From NCBI GenBank assembly GCA_050013255.1, contig JBEKFP010000002.1:320001-384000 (forward strand): a DNA stretch of 64,000 nucleotides, read 5' to 3'. The stretch's first letter is position 1. The number at the start of each line of letters is the position of its first letter. The stretch comes from Candidatus Bathyarchaeia archaeon. GTDB lineage: Archaea; Thermoproteota; Bathyarchaeia; 40CM-2-53-6. This document shows positions 58,684 through 64,000 of this stretch, in pieces. Under the pieces are notes generated by a model that was not told the DNA's origin, made no database searches, and saw only the letters and a list, made by a program, of their open reading frames with translations. Position numbers and translations under genes: made by a program.

Positions 58684-59076
58684 ATGACTCTACTCGATCC
58701 ACTGTCAAATGCTCTTAACACCATCTACAATAATGAACGAAGACACAAGCGCGAATGCATAGCCTGGCCAGCCTCAAAGCTGATGGGACAAGTTCTGCGT
58801 GTAATGCAAAAGAACGGCTACATTGGCGAGTTCGAATTCATCGACGATGGTCGCGCTGGCAAATACCGAATCCAGCTGTTGGGCCGCGTGAATAAATGCG
58901 GCGTTATCAAACCGAGGTATGCTGTCAGGACGCCTGAGATCGAGGATTGGGAGGAACGATACCTTCCCTCACGAGACGTTGGCGTCCTCATAGTGAGTAC
59001 GCCGAAAGGAGTGGTATCGCATATGGATGCCAGGACGGCCAAAACGGGCGGGCGTTTGCTCGCTTATGTCTTTTGA
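58684..59076 (+). CDS. rps8: 30S ribosomal protein S8
   Basis: DPLSNAL, GYIGEFEFIDDGR, GGRLLAYV. Confidence 0.97.
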   Translation: MTLLDPLSNALNTIYNNERRHKRECIAWPASKLMGQVLRVMQKNGYIGEFEFIDDGRAGKYRIQLLGRVNKCGVIKPRYAVRTPEIEDWEERYLPSRDVGVLIVSTPKGVVSHMDARTAKTGGRLLAYVF

Positions 59077-59146
59077 AATCGCCCAGCTGGAAACGCTTTA
59101 ATTCCGCACTGAGAACTCGGGTTTACTTCGAAGAGAGGCGTGGAAG

Positions 59147-59746
59147 TTGGCTAAAGGACCACAATACAATCTCCCATTCCGCAGGAGGCGCGAGGGAAGA
59201 ACACATTACGGGAAAAGAAGGAAGCTGGTAACATCGGGAATTGCACGGTTCGTTATCCGTCCAACGAACAAGCATTTGGGAGCGCAAATTATCCAAGCGA
59301 AGCCGGAAGGCGACTTCGTGCTCGCTAGCGCGCATTCCTCCGAGCTGAAAGAGTTCGGCTGGAAGGCACCTTGCGGTAACATGCCCGCCGCATACTTGAC
59401 TGGGTTACTGGCTGGCCGAAGAGCCAAAGCTAATGGCGTTTCTCAAGCAATTTTAGATATTGGCCTATACGCACGAGGGCCTGGCTCGCGCATATTCGCA
59501 GCGGCGAAGGGAGCTCTAAACGCGGGTCTGACCATCCCGCACGAAGAAACGGTGCTTCCCAAAGCGGAACGCATCAAAGGTGAACATGTTAGCAATTATT
59601 CAAAACAGCTCAGTTCGGAAGCAGAAACCCATAAGAAAAGATTCTCGGTGTACTTGAAACACAAACTGAAGCCTGAGGACCTACCGGATCTCGTGGCCCA
59701 GGTAGAGGCGAAAATAAACGCTTCACAGCAGGAAACGAGCAAATGA
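59147..59746 (+). CDS. rpl18: 50S ribosomal protein L18
   Basis: RRRREGRTHY, N.PAAYLTG, AILDIG. Confidence 0.97.
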   Translation: MAKGPQYNLPFRRRREGRTHYGKRRKLVTSGIARFVIRPTNKHLGAQIIQAKPEGDFVLASAHSSELKEFGWKAPCGNMPAAYLTGLLAGRRAKANGVSQAILDIGLYARGPGSRIFAAAKGALNAGLTIPHEETVLPKAERIKGEHVSNYSKQLSSEAETHKKRFSVYLKHKLKPEDLPDLVAQVEAKINASQQETSK

Positions 59747-60369
59747 GCACGCCCCAGAAGCATAAGGCAAAACCCAAGGCTCCTCGGAAAGCCAAGGTGC
59801 ACGTCCCTCGCAAACGGGCAGCTCCCTCCAAGAAACCCGCTGCAAAGGAAGCGGTGCAGCCGCAAAAGAAGGCAGTTGAAGTTGCACCTGAAAAGGTCTT
59901 CCTCTTTGCGGTACGACTCAAGGGGTCCTTCGGCATGCCATTTCAAACTGAGGAAACCTTGACGACCCTTAGGCTGAATAGAAAATTCAATGCTGTTCTC
60001 CTGGAGAATAACGCAAACGTACAGGCTACATTGCGTCAAGCAAAGGATTACGTGACATGGGGCGAAGCTAAGCCTAGAGACATTGTAATGTTGCTAAAGG
60101 AGCGTGGAGAACTTCTCGGCGGGCTCCGAATAACAGACAAATCGGTTCAAGAGAAGTTCGGGGTTCAAACAATAGATGGATTGGTGACCGCACTTGCAGA
60201 CGGTGGTATCACCTTGAAGCAGCTGTGGCAGAAGGGACTCAAACCTGTATTTCGGCTCCATCCACCATCAGGTGGGTTCGCCACCAGCACCAAGCGACCT
60301 CACGGGAGCAGAGGCGAGCTCGGGTACAGAGGCCCAGAAATGGCAACTCTGGTCGCAAGAATGGTTTGA
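59743..60369 (+). CDS. rpl30: 50S ribosomal protein L30 with basic N-terminal extension
   Basis: KDYVTWGE, KPVFRLHPPSGGF, GELGYRG. Confidence 0.96.
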   Translation: MSTPQKHKAKPKAPRKAKVHVPRKRAAPSKKPAAKEAVQPQKKAVEVAPEKVFLFAVRLKGSFGMPFQTEETLTTLRLNRKFNAVLLENNANVQATLRQAKDYVTWGEAKPRDIVMLLKERGELLGGLRITDKSVQEKFGVQTIDGLVTALADGGITLKQLWQKGLKPVFRLHPPSGGFATSTKRPHGSRGELGYRGPEMATLVARMV

Positions 60370-60415
60370 CAGAGTTTAGTCTTTTTCCGGAACAGATCTT
60401 CACCATTGATACACA

Positions 60416-61183
60416 TTGGGGCGACATACCTCTATCACCCTGCTGCCAGTAGGATTCCCGCTCGTCAACCAAGGTCAAAATCTCAATGAACTGGTCGACC
60501 GCGCACTCAGACGTAAAGACCTGAGTCTACGGAATGGCGATGTGCTCGCTGTAGCGAGCAAAATTGTATCATCTTGCGAGAATCGCATCTTTAAACTCGA
60601 TACAGTCAGAGTGTCGGCTAAAGCCATACGACTGTCAGAACGATGGAAAATAGACAGACGCCTTGCATCCATAGTCCTTCGGGAAGCCGACTACATTCTC
60701 GGTGGGATTCGCGGCTTTCTACTTACCATCAAAGATGGGATCTTAACGGCAAATGCAGGAGTGGACGTGAAAAATTCTCCGCGCGGAATGGCGACACTGT
60801 GGCCTAAGAACTCCGACAAATCAGCTTCCCAGCTCCGGCAACATTTAGCGCGGAAAGGGCTTACTCGTCTCGGAGTGGAGATTGTTGACAGCCGCGTGAC
60901 ACCTCTTCGACTGGGAACTATTGGGCTTGCAATTGGGTCGTTTGGGTTTGAACCCGTTCGTGACTATCGGCATAAACCAGATCTGTATGGGCGAGAGGTA
61001 AGGGTTACTCAGATCAATATCGCCGACGACCTAGCTTCAGCGGCTCACATGCTCATGGGGGAAACACGGGAACAGATAGGAGCCGTTGTGATCAGAAACG
61101 CGCCAGTACTATTTGGTAGTTCGGTAGGGTCAAGCCGAGCAATACTAGAACCACAACGTTGCTTAATTTCATCCAACTTCTGA
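60416..61183 (+). CDS. cofE: Coenzyme F420:L-glutamate ligase
   Basis: DVLAVASKIVS, ANAGVD..N, DLYGR, ADDLAS.A..LMGE. Confidence 0.9.
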   Translation: MGRHTSITLLPVGFPLVNQGQNLNELVDRALRRKDLSLRNGDVLAVASKIVSSCENRIFKLDTVRVSAKAIRLSERWKIDRRLASIVLREADYILGGIRGFLLTIKDGILTANAGVDVKNSPRGMATLWPKNSDKSASQLRQHLARKGLTRLGVEIVDSRVTPLRLGTIGLAIGSFGFEPVRDYRHKPDLYGREVRVTQINIADDLASAAHMLMGETREQIGAVVIRNAPVLFGSSVGSSRAILEPQRCLISSNF

Positions 61184-61293
61184 ACCCTTTCCAGTAATTC
61201 CACGTGCAATATCACTTTTCCACTCGGGTTGATCGACAGGATCAAGTCGAGTCAGATTCTTGTTGCTTCTATAACTGTAGAAGAACGAATGTG

Positions 61294-62556
61294 TTACGTC
61301 AATTCAATGATAGGAATTTCTTTCAACCCTAAAACTTCCCGGGCGATTACCCACAACACAGCGAGGCCCGATACGGCTCCGCCCACTAAGATTGTGGGGA
61401 CGATACCAAGATAAGTGCCGAGTATTCCTCCCACTATTGATCCGACAGGCAAAGTACCCCAGTTTACCGTTCGAAATGTGGCGTTCAACCGACCTTGAAG
61501 CCGCTCCGGGACAATGCTCTGCCGAAAGCTTACCTGGTTGATGTTGTAGATTGGTAATGCGAAGCCAGTTACGAAACCAATTACTCCAATTACCAAGAAC
61601 GCAGCTCCGTAGAGGGCTAGAGGTGAAATCATGCTGATGGCTGAAACAAGAATTGATAGAGCGATTGCTGGACCCAATCCTATATGTTTCGTTATGTTAG
61701 GGGCCAAAACTGTGCCAAAAAGGAAACCCACCGCTCCAACCGTGCCAACGAGGCCGATTAATGCAGGGGAGAATTTGAGCATATTCACGAGAAAAATTAC
61801 GAAAACTGCTCCGCCAATCGCACCGCCGAAATTTGCAGTTGCGGTGCAACTCATCAACCTCCAAAGTATCGAATGTCGGAACACTATGCCTACTCCCTCC
61901 TTCATCTCGGAGAAGAATCCTGATTTGCCGTTCAACGCAGACTTCACAACGGGCCTTTGCTCGCATTTTTGTATTGAAAGCAGGGCCAAGGCGGAAGCAA
62001 GATAACCGGCAGCGTCGACGGCGATTGTAAGAGCACCTCCCACGAACTGGTAAACGAATCCAGCTATCCCTGGACCAACAACTTGCGCACCAGAAGCACT
62101 GGTCTGCAGCTTAGCGTTACCCTCCACGAGGTCAACTCGATCAATCAGAACCGGAAGGTATGATTGATACGAGATTTCGAAGAAAACAGTGAAGACCCCG
62201 TTGACAGCCGCTACAATGAACAATTCGCATAATGATAGCGCGTTGAAGTAGTAAGTAATCGGGATCGATGCTAGAGTCGCCATGCGCCCGAGGTTGCACA
62301 TTATCATGATTGGTAGTTTTCTTAGACGATCAGCCCAGACACCGACAAAGAGACCTAGGATTGGAAATGGGATGGTTTGAAGCGCGAGTAACAAGCCCAT
62401 TTCGAATGTGGATGCATGGAATAGTAGCACGGCCATGATTGGTAGGGCAAGCGTAGTAAACTGGTTGCCAAGTTGGCTAACTGTATCACTGAACCAAAGC
62501 CGTTTGAAGTCTCGATGTGACCAGAGCCGTCCACGGGGCGAAATTCTCACCAGCAT
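61294..62556 (-). CDS. MFS transporter
   Basis: About 12 TM helices, GVWADRLRK motif A, VPERLQGRLNA. Confidence 0.93.
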   Translation of the reverse strand: MLVRISPRGRLWSHRDFKRLWFSDTVSQLGNQFTTLALPIMAVLLFHASTFEMGLLLALQTIPFPILGLFVGVWADRLRKLPIMIMCNLGRMATLASIPITYYFNALSLCELFIVAAVNGVFTVFFEISYQSYLPVLIDRVDLVEGNAKLQTSASGAQVVGPGIAGFVYQFVGGALTIAVDAAGYLASALALLSIQKCEQRPVVKSALNGKSGFFSEMKEGVGIVFRHSILWRLMSCTATANFGGAIGGAVFVIFLVNMLKFSPALIGLVGTVGAVGFLFGTVLAPNITKHIGLGPAIALSILVSAISMISPLALYGAAFLVIGVIGFVTGFALPIYNINQVSFRQSIVPERLQGRLNATFRTVNWGTLPVGSIVGGILGTYLGIVPTILVGGAVSGLAVLWVIAREVLGLKEIPIIELT

Positions 62557-62589
62557 TCCTGCGATTATGTCGTTTTCTTAATTGTAAAC

Positions 62590-63693
62590 CTAGGTTCGCC
62601 GGCGGCGCGTCCCGCGTTTCTTGGTCCTTCTACCGCGTTTGTTCAAGATTAGCCTACTTTGCACAACGAATGCGCAAGTAACAAAGGCTAATGAAAAAAT
62701 GGCCGTCCATATCAGAGGCTTCGTGTAGTCGCCATGCCAGCGTGCCTCCAAAGTGTGCGGCTTGTTCATGCTAATCTGGCCCGTTGTTGCGTGGCCTAGG
62801 AGTGTTTGGCCTTCGTACCAGCCCTGGAATCTCCAATTCCCTCGAAGAATTCCTAGTAAGCCGTTCATTGGTAGGATTCCTGGAGGCGCAGAGACGTTCG
62901 CGACCGAGCCTTCGTTGTACCAGCCCATTCCAGTGACATTCACTTGAGGGCTGATTAGAGTAAGGAAGTGTTGTGTTTGGTAGATTGCCTCTAGGGTAAT
63001 TCCTTGGTTGAGTTGGACTGTTCTATTCTCTTGGGTCACGCCGTCAGACCATTTTTCGAACTTAATCCTGGTTCCATCATCGAGCTGGACAATATCGGGT
63101 ATTGAGACGTTATGGTTGCCAACTACCAGTGACACACTAATACTTCCCTGCCCCTGCTCCTTTCCGTCGACTAAGACGGTCACCGAGTTTGGGACGTTCA
63201 GCTGTAGGTTGAGTGCAGTGGCCACCCTAATTGCAAATTCGACGTCGCTTGTCGAGCCCGGGATGAGCGTTGAGGAGTCGTTGCCATAAATGCCAGCGAC
63301 CAAGGTCAACTGCATAATGCGCCTCGGAGACGTCAGCTGAAATGTTACATTTTCGGTTCCTGCGGACGACGTGATAACCACTAGGCAACCTGCGTACAGA
63401 TAGCGGGGTACGCACTCCGCCGGTGAAGCGTTACCCGAGCCGTTTTCCACGCTACCACTCTCGAGGTCGAAGACCCCCACGGCCAGGAAGTCTCCTACCT
63501 TTGCATCTGAGAAACCCACAGTGGCGCTCACGGTTAAAGGGGGATTAGAAGTTCGCGATTCCAAATTGAAAGCAGACTGCTTGGGATATGAGATGTCAGT
63601 AATCATAGTTGTCTGGGCGCGTACGCTTGGGAAAATGCAAGTCAATAAAGCGATTGTCAGTATGGAAACAAGAATCTGCGGGCGCAATCCCAT
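62590..63693 (-). CDS. Secreted, C-terminally anchored surface protein with a beta-repeat domain
   Basis: Signal peptide; F..WSDG and G.GWY.EG..A.V..F.GW repeat; C-terminal TM followed by an Arg-rich tail. Confidence 0.8.
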   Translation of the reverse strand: MGLRPQILVSILTIALLTCIFPSVRAQTTMITDISYPKQSAFNLESRTSNPPLTVSATVGFSDAKVGDFLAVGVFDLESGSVENGSGNASPAECVPRYLYAGCLVVITSSAGTENVTFQLTSPRRIMQLTLVAGIYGNDSSTLIPGSTSDVEFAIRVATALNLQLNVPNSVTVLVDGKEQGQGSISVSLVVGNHNVSIPDIVQLDDGTRIKFEKWSDGVTQENRTVQLNQGITLEAIYQTQHFLTLISPQVNVTGMGWYNEGSVANVSAPPGILPMNGLLGILRGNWRFQGWYEGQTLLGHATTGQISMNKPHTLEARWHGDYTKPLIWTAIFSLAFVTCAFVVQSRLILNKRGRRTKKRGTRRRRT

Positions 63694-63772
63694 CTAAGAA
63701 CGTGGAGTTCGACCTATATGAAAAGACTTACCACAAAACTCTACTGATCGCATAGGACATCGCCTTCCAAGT

Positions 63773-64000
63773 TCATCTGCGCGTACGATGGGGGCTTTTG
63801 CCGGTCTTTCGCCAGCGCGTAGCAAGAAACATAATAACTATCACGGATGCAGAAACTCCAACAAGGGTTACCGTGTAATCGCTTATCCAAACTGCAGTTA
63901 CAGTTCTTGGGCCGTCCATGGTGATCGTACATTCCGGCTGGATTGATGTACAGGCTCCCTCCCAGTTGCTAAACACGTACCTGACTCCAATTAACCCTAA
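63773..64000 (-). CDS. C-terminus of a related anchored surface protein (5' part outside the window)
   Basis: YVFSNWEG...ITMDGPRTVTAVW..DY, then a TM helix and basic tail, paralleling the neighbouring gene. Confidence 0.7.
   Translation of the reverse strand, partial: LGLIGVRYVFSNWEGACTSIQPECTITMDGPRTVTAVWISDYTVTLVGVSASVIVIMFLATRWRKTGKSPHRTRR

Noticed and set aside
1-64000. tRNA/rRNA genes, CRISPR arrays, transposases or integrases
   Set aside because: No cloverleaf/T-loop signatures, regularly spaced repeats or recombinase motifs were seen in intergenic regions or ORFs on manual reading.

Overview
Archaeal chromosomal segment. A TACK lineage, most likely Bathyarchaeia-like, is inferred from gene content and protein features; no database search was run. 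The window is dense in information-processing genes: TFB, Gar1, IleRS, CysRS, aIF1A, aIF2-gamma, aIF5B, KEOPS (Kae1, Bud32, two Pcc1-like genes), RNase P subunits, the proteasome-alpha/SBDS/exosome cluster and many ribosomal proteins. It also encodes F420 enzymes, GcvPA/PB, an Lhr helicase and an Opp/Dpp ABC transporter. The main point of interest is a compact operon for a short, apparently hinge-less Smc5/6-like ATPase with a kleisin-like and a KITE-like partner, facing tail-to-tail with a divergent TGT-fold gene. Other notable items: a TFS paralog lacking the acidic catalytic loop; a box C/D sRNA with a guide matching the 16S decoding region and a second K-turn hairpin; conserved operons scrambled in a pattern consistent with duplication and reciprocal loss; probable near-cognate start codons; and a GNAT gene broken at a UUU-CGA +1 shift site. 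No tRNA, rRNA, CRISPR array or transposase was seen. Start positions were adjusted by eye where the ORF track overshoots conserved N-termini.
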